Shown: positions 49,181 to 59,623 of the stretch, one piece after another
How the letters are laid out: each line of letters starts with the position of its first letter
How positions within the stretch are numbered: position 1 is the stretch's first letter
DNA from: Vitrella brassicaformis CCMP3155
Taxonomy: Eukaryota > Protista > Chromerida
Length of the DNA: 64,000 nt
Reading direction: 5' to 3'
Assembly: GCA_001179505.1 (NCBI GenBank)
Contig: CDMY01000332.1
Location: forward strand, 1 to 64,000
The notes under the pieces: model-generated
What the model was told of the DNA's origin: nothing
Seen by the model: only the letters and a program-made list of their open reading frames with translations
Databases searched by the model: none
Translations under genes and position numbers: made by a program

Positions 49181-52100
49181 GGGTGCATGCAGAGCAATCA
49201 TCGGCCACCGTGCAGTACCATCTCTGTGGCCGTAGCTGCGGCGAGTCTTGCCAGCAACAGGTTGCTGATGACGACGCTCCCGCTGCCCACCCCCACCAGC
49301 ACCCCAAAGGCAAACAGCACCAGACCCACCACCTCCTCGGCACCGGCCAGCGGGACAGCCAGGCTGCCGCCCAGCAACCGACCAATGACGTCTGCAGGGG
49401 TCTCCTCTGGCCGCATCGTCAGTGTGGGCGTGTTGAACAGCTGCGCAAACAGGACGCCGAACAGCAGCGACAGGGCGGGGCCGCGGAAGAGCCGCGCGGA
49501 GTGGAGAAATGGCGACACGGGCGACTTGCTGGTGGGAGAAGAGACGGACGACACACAGGGAATGAAATGAGTGGCACACTTGTGTGTGGGTGGGTGGGTG
49601 GGTGGCTTTGGGGGCTGGGCTTGGGGGTTACTTACCGTGAGTATGCGAGGATGATGGCAGCGAGTAGGATGAAGGGGAGTATGAAGGGGAGTGCCAGGGT
49701 GGGGTAAACCCACTTGGCGTCGGGCACCCGGAAGACCTGCTCCAGCTCCATCACGATCGCCGCGCTGATCCGGAAGACTCCGAAGTTCCGAAACGACACC
49801 TGACACACACACACACATACACACACACACAATCTCCCTCTCTCTCTCTGGGTGTGTGTGTGTGTTTGTCCATTTCTTGAGTACCTACCTGTCCGTGTGG
49901 GTCAGTGGCTTTGAGGTAGGTGTCTAGCCCGACTTGCGGGAGGCGCATGAGCAGCAGCATCACCCATGAGAGGATAAGGGCGAACCACCCCCACCCCATC
50001 CGCTCACGCTGCAAACTCTGCAGACGAGACGCTGATGACGCCTCACGGTTGACACCCTTTAACACACACACACACACACACAGGGAGGGAGAGAGAGAGA
50101 GGTACGTGTGTGTCTCTGGGACTCCTTTGTGGGGCGTGTGTGTGGCCGTTCGCTCAGCTCACCTCTGGTCCCTTGGTGTTGTCCCGTTTGTGGGGTGCAT
50201 TGTGCGAGTGTGCGAGCCCCAGGAGCGCCCTTCCCTCGCTCTGCGTGATGACCACCGGCAGCCGCCTCCCATAGACCTTGGCCAGCATGTCCTTGACCTC
50301 CATCTCCTCCAACACCCGTCGCACACCCTCGCCGCCCACATCCACCTGAAGCCGCGCGTTGCGCACCTCCGCCCCACCCATGGCCTCGCCCTTCGCCCCA
50401 GCCTTGCGCACAACAGCCCGCCGACGGTCGGCGAGCGGCGTGGGTGTGACGGTCAGGCTGCTCGCCGGGGTGGGCTGTGCCGTGCTGGCTGACATGTTGC
50501 CGTGTCGGAGTGAGGGTGCCTCGGGCGAGGAGAACTGGCTCCAGTGTGTGTGGGTCTGGGGGCTGTCGACGCCAGAGCGGATGATGTAGTCATCGGGGAG
50601 GCCGCGGGCGGCGACTGCTGGGAGCATCCGGGGGACCTCTGGCTCGAGCACCTTGACGTCGCGCAGAGAGGGGGAGGGGAGGGGGGACATGCCCACACCG
50701 CGGGAGCGACGACCCGCTAAACACACACACACACACACACAGAGAGAGAGAGCGGGATGGATGGATGGATGGAGAGGAGAGGGATGGGGGAGAGCTGACC
50801 TTTTCTGGCGGCGGGTGACTTCTGCTTCTTCTTTCCGTAGCCGTAGACGCCGTGCTCCGGGTCGCAGCCACAGGCGCTGATGGCCGACATGGCCCTGGAG
50901 ATGGGCCAGCAGTCGGGCTCGCTGCTGGTGTCGCTGATGGCGTTGGAACTCATCTCGGGGTACGACTCGCTCCGGCAGATCTCCACATCCATGTCGGCAC
51001 CCTCCTCATCGGCCACACGGGCCTGGCCCTCGTCCGGCGGAGTCCACACTGACGAACCTGCACACACGCATGTAATGGAGGGTGGTGGGGGTGGTGGGTC
51101 GTGTGGCTTAAGCTTACTGAATGGGCGTTCGTCTCTCAGCAGCTGTGTGTAGGTGCGTCCCTCCGGGTCTTCCGACTCCCCGGGCAGCGCCGACAGCATC
51201 AGCGACGTCAGGCTCTCCACCGCACCGACACCTGCACCGGTCCCCTCAGCCTCCCCCTCTCCCTCCCTCTTGGCATCCTCTTTGCCCTTCTCCTTTTCCT
51301 TCTCGTTGAGCTCTTTGCCGCCTTCTGGTGGTGTGGGTGGTGGTGCGCCCAGGGTCTGCTCCATGAGCGTCTTGAACGGTCTGGCTGGCGGGGTCTCGGT
51401 GTCCTCTTCTTGCTGCTCCGGTTGTTGGTGCTGGTCCGCTCGCCCGGCGGGCTCGGCGTGAGGTGGGATGGGTGCCCTGGGAGGCACCTGTGGGGCGCTC
51501 CACGACTCCTCTGACAGCTCTTCTTGAAGGCGCCCTGCCGCCGCTGCTGCTGGTGCTGGTGCTGGTGGTGGTGCTGCGGTGAGGTTAAACGTGTCGCCCT
51601 CTCCCTCTTCCTCTCCCTCTGCCCATGCCTCCTCCTCTCCCTGATGGTATTGCCTGCGGTGGATGGGCGACGACTGCTCGCTGCTGTTGTTGCTGCGGCC
51701 CATGTACTGGGCTATCACGTCAGACGGCGCCGAGAACGACTGCGCCTTGTCCTGCTCGCTCACGCGGCCATCATCCCCATCCCCATCCCCATCCCCATCC
51801 CCACCGGCACCTGCCTCGGCCTCTGCATCCTCCTCCTCGCCCTCCTCCGGGATGGGCCCCTGGGCAATCGGCTGGAAGCCCGTCAGGTTGGGGTGCACAA
51901 TCGCCAGCGGCTGGCTGAGGTTGGGTGTCGGCGACCGCTCAGGCTCCCACACACCGCTGTGGGGGGTCGGCGTCGTCACAGAAGCAGCCGGCCGCGTCGA
52001 GGGCGTCTCGCGTGCCCCACGCTCCATCGACTTGTCCGACGCCCCGCCGTGTACGCGGCCCTCACTGAGGGTGTCCGAGTGCACCGATGAGTCGGTAAAG

Positions 52101-53316
52101 TCGCTGGGGTGCCTCTCAAGTGCGGGTCCAGTGGCCTCGAGCAGCTGGAATGAGGGCCCCAGGAAGAACTTGAGCCTGATTGCGGTGAGAGTGAGCCCGG
52201 TGCCGACGATGCCGCCCCCAAGGATGCCGAGTTGTGAGTGGATGAGGCAGAGGGCGGCTGCGGGGACGGTGGTGGCGAGGGATGCGAAGAGGATGAAGGG
52301 GGTCGACTGGCGCAGCGCCTTGAGACCGCCGCACTGACACGCCACCAGAATGGGAACCACCTGGTGTCGTGACACACACACATGACGCAACAAGGGCACA
52401 CGAAACACATCATGACGCACACACGAATGAATGGCAAAGCGCATCCGTGTGTCCCCAAAGATGCAAACAGCATACATACCGCCGAGCAGAGTGCCATGAC
52501 GGCCATGGTCTTGACGGCGGTCTCGATCATGACTTCCTCCATGCCCTCATCGAAGGGCACCAGCAGGCCCTCCATGGAGCTCCCGTCCGTGGCCTCAGTG
52601 GGCACGAACTGCAGACCGAACCAAATGGGCAGCCCGCTTGTGCCGCCCATCAGCGCCAGAGGCGCCAGGGCTGCGCCCGCAGTGAGGGCGGCCGACGGGG
52701 GCCACCCGAGGGCGTTCAGCAGCAGAGAGGCGAAGACGCCACCGCTGCCAAGACTGAGAGGAGGGGAGAGGACAGCCGAACGAACAGGTAGGCAGGTAGC
52801 CTGTGCGTGTGTTGTTGTGTGATTGTTTACCCGATGAGTCCCTCCACGATGAAGCTGAGTCCCACGGTGATGGCCATCATCTCTGCCGCGGGGTGGCGCC
52901 CACACGCCTCCCGCAACACGCTGCACACACCACCCCTGAACACACACACACACAGCGCCACAGCAAAGGCGGTCACACACAGGAACGGGAGCGTCACGGG
53001 GGGTGTCAACTCCCACTGCCTGCCCCTTGGTCGCTCACATGAGCCTTGACGTGAGCATGACTCTGAAGAAGACGATCCCGGCGAACACGGCTGACAATGG
53101 GATGAGGGCGTTGAGCAGCCCCACGACGAGCGCCGCGTTGACCTGGTCGGACCTGCTGTTGACGAAGAACATCCGGGCGATGTAGAGGAGCAGCGCCGAG
53201 AGGAACAGACAGACTGCCGAGCCGAACCGCGCCCTCTTGGGCAGCAGGGAGATGCCGACCAGGAAGATCAGAGGGATGGACAGCACGCCCGCCTCTGCCT
53301 CCTCGCCGATGTCCAT
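48624..53316 (-). CDS. L-lactate permease (LctP family)-like multipass transporter with a large disordered internal insertion; ~10 exons
   Basis: GLLNALIPLSAVFAGIVFFRVM, GLSFIVEGLIG, LLLNALGWPP..A..GGTSGLPIWFG, GVLVGVGSGSVVISNLLL and LGGCVGQALAAENMLAAAIAV follow the LctP motif order as recalled. The last exon gives ...YTVLICGVGLPVLGLAWT*. Confidence 0.78.
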
Positions 53317-53490
53317 CGCTGTGCGGACCGCCGGATCTTCCTCTTCTTCCGGGAGGAGTCTGCGAGCTTTTTTGAGAGCCAAGCTCGCGTCTCGACTCTC
53401 GCCCACCCCCCTCTCTTCTTCTTTTTTCGAGGACCGAAGGCCAACCGACCTTCACCGAACAGCTCGTTTGTGGGGTGCTCATCCATCACC

Positions 53491-54096
53491 ATGGCTGACG
53501 TGTCCGAGGCGTTTCGCAGCTTTGCTGGCGGGGCGAGCGAACTGGACGGCCGGCAGTTCGTCAAACTCTGGTTAGCATAGCAGCCTGGGGGTGGGGTGGA
53601 CGGTGACGGCCCGGGCAGCCCCATGCCCATGTTCTGTGTTTGTGTTGCTGTGCAGCAAGGTGAGGCCACGTGCTGTGGGGCTCCACCTCGGGCGGTCGAT
53701 TGCTCGGCGTGCGCACCTTTCTCTCTCTCTCTCGCTCTCTCTCCGTGTGTTCGATTCTGTCTGTGTGTCTGTCTGTGCGCTTGTGATTGGTCGACCAGGA
53801 CTGCAGAATCATCGACTCCAAGTGCACTTCCACTGACGTACGTGAGCGACGGATGGCAGAATTTGCCGTCGTTTCTTCATCCATTGAATGATAAGAGTGG
53901 TATTCGTTGCCTGCCTGCCTGGCTGGCTGGCTGGCTGGCTGGCTGCAGGTGGACCTGATCTTCGCCAAAGTCAAGCAGAAGGCCGCAAGGAAGGTCGACA
54001 GCAGGGAGGGGAGGGAGGGAGGGAGGGAGGGACAGGACAACCAAGCAGCTGACTTATGGGAGACACGACGCCCTTCCCATACACATGGTTCCGGTG

Positions 54097-54131
<35 letters not shown>

Positions 54132-55043
54132 TGTGTTGGATGTTGTCACCATGTCAGATCAATTTGTTTGAGTTTGAGCAGGCCCTGGAGCTGCTGGCCG
54201 AGAAGAAAAAGATCTCCGTTTCTGACCTCAAGAACAAAATCGGCTCCTCACAGGGTCCGTCTGTGAACACACACACTCAGACACAGAGACAGAGAGAGAT
54301 AGAGAGAGAGAAAGGGACACCATCCGTGTGGTGTGAATGATGTGTGTGTATGTGTGTCGGTGGCTGGACGGGTGCCCTCACTGCACGTGGCACGGTGTCA
54401 GGACCCGTTCTCACCGGCACCAAGACCGAGGCTGTCAAGTAGGACACACACCACACACGAGACCACGAGACACACACTGATCTTCATATCCTCTGTCTGT
54501 ATGTCTCTCTCTCTGTACCTGTGTGTGTGTGCAGGTTCTATGACGACAAGTCGACGGTAAATGACCACAGTGGGAATGAAGGGGAATGAGGGCGTGTGAG
54601 GGTCTGCTGGCATTGTGTGACACCTACCTGTCTCTCACTCACTGCTGACTCTGACTCTGACTCTCACTCTGCTGCATCGGGTGACTGTGGCCCCGGTGCG
54701 GTGCTTGCAGTTCACGGGTGTGCACCAGCACGGCGGTCCCTCGACGGTCGACAAGGGGCGAAACAAATTCTCAGACCTCTCTGAATTCTGCGGTACACAC
54801 ACACACAGACAGAGGCACGTGTGTGTGAAGGGCAGAATGTGCGCACACACACACCCCTAAACATAAACATACCTCTGTCTGTATCCCATCGGTGTGTCTT
54901 GTGTTGATCGCATTGCCTGCAGACCGCACCCCTGCCGACGTCAGAGGTGCTGCAATGACTGACTGGCAAAAGAGCTGGCTGATTTGTGGGGCCGTGAATG
55001 TGTGTGTGCCGGTGTGAGTGCAGGCATCAAGTCGCTCAAGTAA
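53491..55043 (+). CDS. TPPP: Short-type TPPP/p25-alpha (tubulin polymerization promoting protein), ~149 aa; exons 53491-53570, 53656-53659, 53799-53837, 53949-53993, 54158-54254, 54412-54438 region, 54535-54556, 54711-54792, 54923-~54945, 55024-55043
   Basis: LDGRQFVKLCKDCRIIDSKCTSTDVDLIFAKVK..ARKI...FEQALELLAEKK...GPVLTGTKTEAVKFYDDKSTFTGVHQHGGPSTVDKG..SDLSEFCDRTPADVRG. Confidence 0.95.
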
Positions 55044-55483
55044 CCGACTAACTAACGGGCTTCATACTTGCACCCACACATCGGCACCGAAATGGACGAG
55101 GGAGTAAATGTTGTATGGTGTCTGCTGCCTGATGAACGGGGGTTGGGTGGGAGGGAGGGAGACCCTGAAGTGCGCTGTGTGTGGGGTATGGGCGTGTGTG
55201 CACCTAGAGAGGGCTTCATTTCGTTTGCTCCCTGTCTGTCTGTCTGTCTGAGTGAATGAAGTATGTGTGTGGATGGATGGATGGATTGCCTCATACTGAC
55301 CGACGAACGATATACAGAGGTTCACGCACCAATGTAGACATCTGAGCCAGCGCATTGGATGACTCAATCACTGACTGCATTTAAGTGCTCAGCGGTCCGG
55401 GTCGACCCAGGCATGTATCCACACAAACACTCGACTCACACAGACCCTGCCTGCCTGCCTGCCTGCCAACGTCCCTGTCTGTC

Positions 55484-56329
55484 TTATCTGTCACCAGATC
55501 GTCTTGCCGTCCTATCGCCTCCCATGAGCCTCTCTGCCTGTTCCCCCATCCCCATCTCCTCACTAACATCCGCGTCCTCTCTCTCGACCCCGCCGCCCAA
55601 CTTGCTCAGCTGCACCATCAGCAGGTGCAGCAAATAGCCAGGGGGGCCCGCCGCAAACGTGACAGCCAGGGCAAACGAAGTGTTGATGCCCCTCCGGAGG
55701 CCATCGAGATAGATGAGCTGACCAGCCAGGAGGTCCCAGGTAAGTGCATGTGCCCACTCCTCGGCAACGAAGATGGGAGATTCGCGCATCTGTACCATTG
55801 CTGAGAGCCGGATGACCGCCTCGCTGACGAAGAATGTCCCCAGTTCTTGCGCGTCAGGCTGCCCGAGACCGTAGACGAACATAGAGAGCTGACAGAGGGC
55901 CGTGAGGGCCACGGGGATGGGTGTCTTCATGACGCTTTGCGTCAGGGACCAGTTCGGCAGGAAGACCATGAGCAGCCAGAAAGGTGTGACCCCGCAATTG
56001 GCCAGTGTGAATGCAATCGCCTCGGGTGTGTCCAGCTCGGGCGTGGGCAGGGAGAGGGCAAGCGACGTACCACTGTGCCGGTGTTGGCGTCGACTCATCG
56101 GCCGCCAATCGGTCCCCCGTTTTTGCGGTGACAGAGAGAGCAGCGGTCTGCGGAGTGGCTGCGTTGTGAGTTCCGCTGTGGCCGGGACGGGGGAGACGAA
56201 TGCCGAAGGACCGGCTGCGGCCGCTGCATTGCAGAGGGCTGACAGCTTTGTCAAGATCAGCAGGGGCAGTAGCCGCAGAAATCGCTGCTCGGCTGTGAGT
56301 GACAATGTCCTCAACATCACCCTCAACAT
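55484..56329 (-). CDS. ABA4: ABA4-like (DUF4281) neoxanthin-biosynthesis-associated membrane protein, plastid targeted; apparently intronless
   Basis: FTLANCGVTPFWLLMVFLPNWSLT, EEWAHALTWDLLAGQLIYLDG and AAGPPGYLLHL. The N-terminal signal ends at AAAAGPSAFVSP, followed by a basic transit-like segment. Confidence 0.88.
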   Translation of the reverse strand: MLRVMLRTLSLTAEQRFLRLLPLLILTKLSALCNAAAAAGPSAFVSPVPATAELTTQPLRRPLLSLSPQKRGTDWRPMSRRQHRHSGTSLALSLPTPELDTPEAIAFTLANCGVTPFWLLMVFLPNWSLTQSVMKTPIPVALTALCQLSMFVYGLGQPDAQELGTFFVSEAVIRLSAMVQMRESPIFVAEEWAHALTWDLLAGQLIYLDGLRRGINTSFALAVTFAAGPPGYLLHLLMVQLSKLGGGVEREDADVSEEMGMGEQAERLMGGDRTARRSGDR

Positions 56330-56958
56330 GAATGCTAGTTGGCTCCGCAGGCAGCTCGCAAACGCGTAAGGACACTCCGTTAAACCTTGCATGCAAATTC
56401 TGATGGTAGCTGTTGTGTGTTTGGCTTTCACATGCTGTCAGTGACACGCACTGACTGTCATGACAGGGTACTTCCCAACTTTCGGCATGACGGTGGATGA
56501 TTCAAAAATCATCACGAGATGCAGGCAAGTGATACCCACCCAGTCACATGGCACAGACACATTGCCATATGACTCACTTGTTACCCTCAAAGTCGTACAG
56601 CAGAACATGTTCGCGCCGCCCGCCAGGCGTCCACCAAATATGGTCACCTTTTGCTTTCATCTATTTTCCTGCCATGTCTCAATGACAAACGAAAAGCCTG
56701 GACAGAGCTCGGCCTACTAGAAAGAGCAGCATTTGGTAAGGGCCCCAACATACCTTCATTCTTACCGGCCCAGCATCGCCCCACTTCTCCTCACCCATGG
56801 CACGCATAGTGTAGATCGCAAACAGCATGTACCAAGTCGATATACTACACAAGAAGCCAACATACAGGACAAAGAAAAGTGACGGTGCAATTGATGAGTC
56901 TCACCAGCAAAGGCCAGTCCAGAGACACATAAGGCATCTGCACCATACTACACTGCTC

Positions 56959-59107
56959 TCATATTCCGCTCGCACCATTGGCAGGTTGTTCCACCGAATT
57001 AACACAACAAACAGCACGTGGAGAGACGAACAACAAATGGGCCGCAATGTGAGGTATACGCTTTCGGGTCCCTGTGTTCCTTACCGCTTCGAAGGCACAC
57101 TCGATGATGACCAGGACAAGTAGACGAGCCATACCTTGTAGAAAGCTGACATGCGACGAATCACTGCCCCATATCTGATTGCTTATGAGAACCACCAGAT
57201 TCGAGAAAAGCAAGACGGTGACCTCCAGAAAGGCCCACACCCTGATTTGCTCCGATAAAGCTCTCAGGTAGCGAGGGCTCACGTCCAAAGAGGCGAGAGC
57301 CGATTGTAGATTGGTCGGGGGGTGAGACACGATCGGCTCTTCCGCAATGTAGGAAAGGCCCGCTCTCAGTATTCGGCTACTCGTCATGCTGGCATTTTCG
57401 TGTCTCGCAGTGTCGTGGTCCTTGCGCGAGGACAATGAGGTGATTTTTCTCATTTTCTCTACCGCCGCAATAGTTTTGCTGTCATTAGAGGAAGGCCGCG
57501 TTGCCTTTCGCCTCCTGTCTCTCAGAAATCTTCGCGCAGCGATAAAGAGTAGTATCCAGTATGGTAGGAAGATGTCACTCAGGAGGTCCAATCTGAAAGC
57601 AGCAAGCCAGCAGATCGATGCAAATACAAGAAAAGGCAAGTGTCTGCGCCATGGCCAGGCCGCTTACAACGAAATCAAGACCGAATAAAAAATCTTTGCG
57701 GACAGCCTAACCATTTCCGCCTGCAGCAGGCGAGGGTAGATCACGAGAACCATCTTAATCAGAATTGCGAGGTATCCGTTGAGCGTCGGTGGCCCCTCCT
57801 GCGTCGACACACATATATATCGACACACATATACATACTTCCTTTTACTTGTTTTCGAAGCTCACTTTCATCGATCTCGCAAGCTTCGAAATGAGCGAGA
57901 TAATGGGTAGCATGGCAAGGACGAATATGAGCGCCCTTCGCGTCTTGTCAGCATCAGTTGTCGTTGCTTTTACTGTAGAGCGTACGAAGTGTCCCAGCAC
58001 GCCCAGAGCTACAATGCCCGCCGCGCAGGCAGTGCCTGCTTTGACTGCATAGCCCCACTTGTTCCTGACGCCCAGCGACTTTGCAGCTGTGTAGAAGTGT
58101 GCGTACGGCCATATCAAGGAGCACACCAAGAAAAGCCAAAAGACGCATCGTAGCGAGCGGCGATCCCAATGAGCGTGATAAGCCACCGAAACCATAATGC
58201 TGAGCGTTAAGGGTGTTACGACCAACCACCATGACGTCTTGAGGCGTGATATGATCTTGGGCAGGTTGCATCCATCGGTCAGGTGGAGAAGGAAGAGGTA
58301 GACCGTCAAGACCATCACAGCCCGGCTAACGATGTCAAAGGTGAGGCCGACTACGGTTGAATCACAGGCGAAGCCCATAGCGATCACATAGAGGATGAAA
58401 ATGCCCGCAAGTGCCATGCCCCTGAGCAGCTTCCTCGTAGTGACTTTGATGACTTGACAGACAGTCACACGGAGGGGCCCAGGGTCAAAAGTGGCGCCCA
58501 CTAGCACCTGCTGCGAGCTGCCGTCGGGTCTTAAGACCGTCTCGTATGTAAGCCTTGTCTCCTTCTCTTCATAAGCAGCGTCATAGCCTGCCGCCTCGCG
58601 AAACCTGCCAATGGGGGATGCAGCGACGAGACATGACACAAAAAAGGGGCCACCCTGCACTTTTCGCAGTGGTTCTTCTCTTATTGCTCACTCGTGCACC
58701 AATGCATTAAGCGCCTGCTCCTCTCGTGGCAACGCATGACCCTCCTCTGCGTAATCTTCATTGGCGTCCACGTTGTTCGCGTCATCGGCCATGCTCGATC
58801 GTCTCATTGTTGCGGCTGTAGTGACTGACGCGAAGGTCGCTCGTCTCTCTTGCTTCTCGTCGCCGAGCTCAGCTGCCGTGATAGCAACGGGCTCTCCACT
58901 CTTAGTAGCCACCGCGCCGTCAGTGTCATGCTTGTGTTCTTCGCCTGTCAGGTGGCCGGCTGTAAGGGTACTTTGCGGCGAGAACCTGAGCGTCACCTCG
59001 GACACAGTGGCGCATGGCTCGTCACCGTAGGCTTGGGAAGGCCTTGCGGTCTCCCAAATGGGATGATCATCCGACACGGACGAAGCCCCCCCGCTGATCT
59101 CTGTCAT
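56959..59107 (-). CDS. Multipass membrane protein of unknown family (roughly 8-10 hydrophobic helices), disordered N-terminus; ~4+ exons, 3' end uncertain
   Basis: ORFs 58688-59155, 57845-58660, an exon near 57790-57665 (EGPPTLNGYLAILIKMVLVIYPRLLQAEM) and 56959-57639 can be joined through GT-AG introns. Confidence 0.62.
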
Positions 59108-59623
59108 CAAACAGCGGAAAGAAAGGCCCCATGTGATTGCTCCTTGTGTGTTCATTCATCAATCATTCATTCGTGGCAGGGGGGTGACTGACCTCTTCGT
59201 AGACCGTTATTCATGGACCGAAAGTCGTCTTGACGCCGCCCCTCACCTCCGTCATTGCTTTGTACACAGCCCGCATCCATTGGGGTCTGCCGATTCAGTG
59301 CCGAATCTGCCACACTCATCGGCGGTGACTCGACTGTCTCAGCCTCTTTGCCATATACATGCTGATCTGAAGCTGTCTGAAGCACTTTGCCGTATACATG
59401 CTGATATAGTGCCCACTTATCCAGGCTATCGCGAGCCGGGAAGAGATCCAAGGCTCGCCAACGCCGCAGCCTTGACGAAGAGTATGGCTATCGCTGCTAT
59501 ATGGAGTCTGATGAAGAACTGATAGATAGCTGTTATTTCTTGTCGTTGTCCGCTCGCCTCGTCGTCCGCCAGCCGAGGTTGTTCGGTTCGGTTCTGTGAG
59601 TGAGGCGTGTCGTCCCTGAGGGA

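Noticed and set aside
59345-59404. Short direct repeat ctttgcc.tatacatgctgat x2
   Set aside because: Isolated local duplication in a promoter region with no supported ORF.
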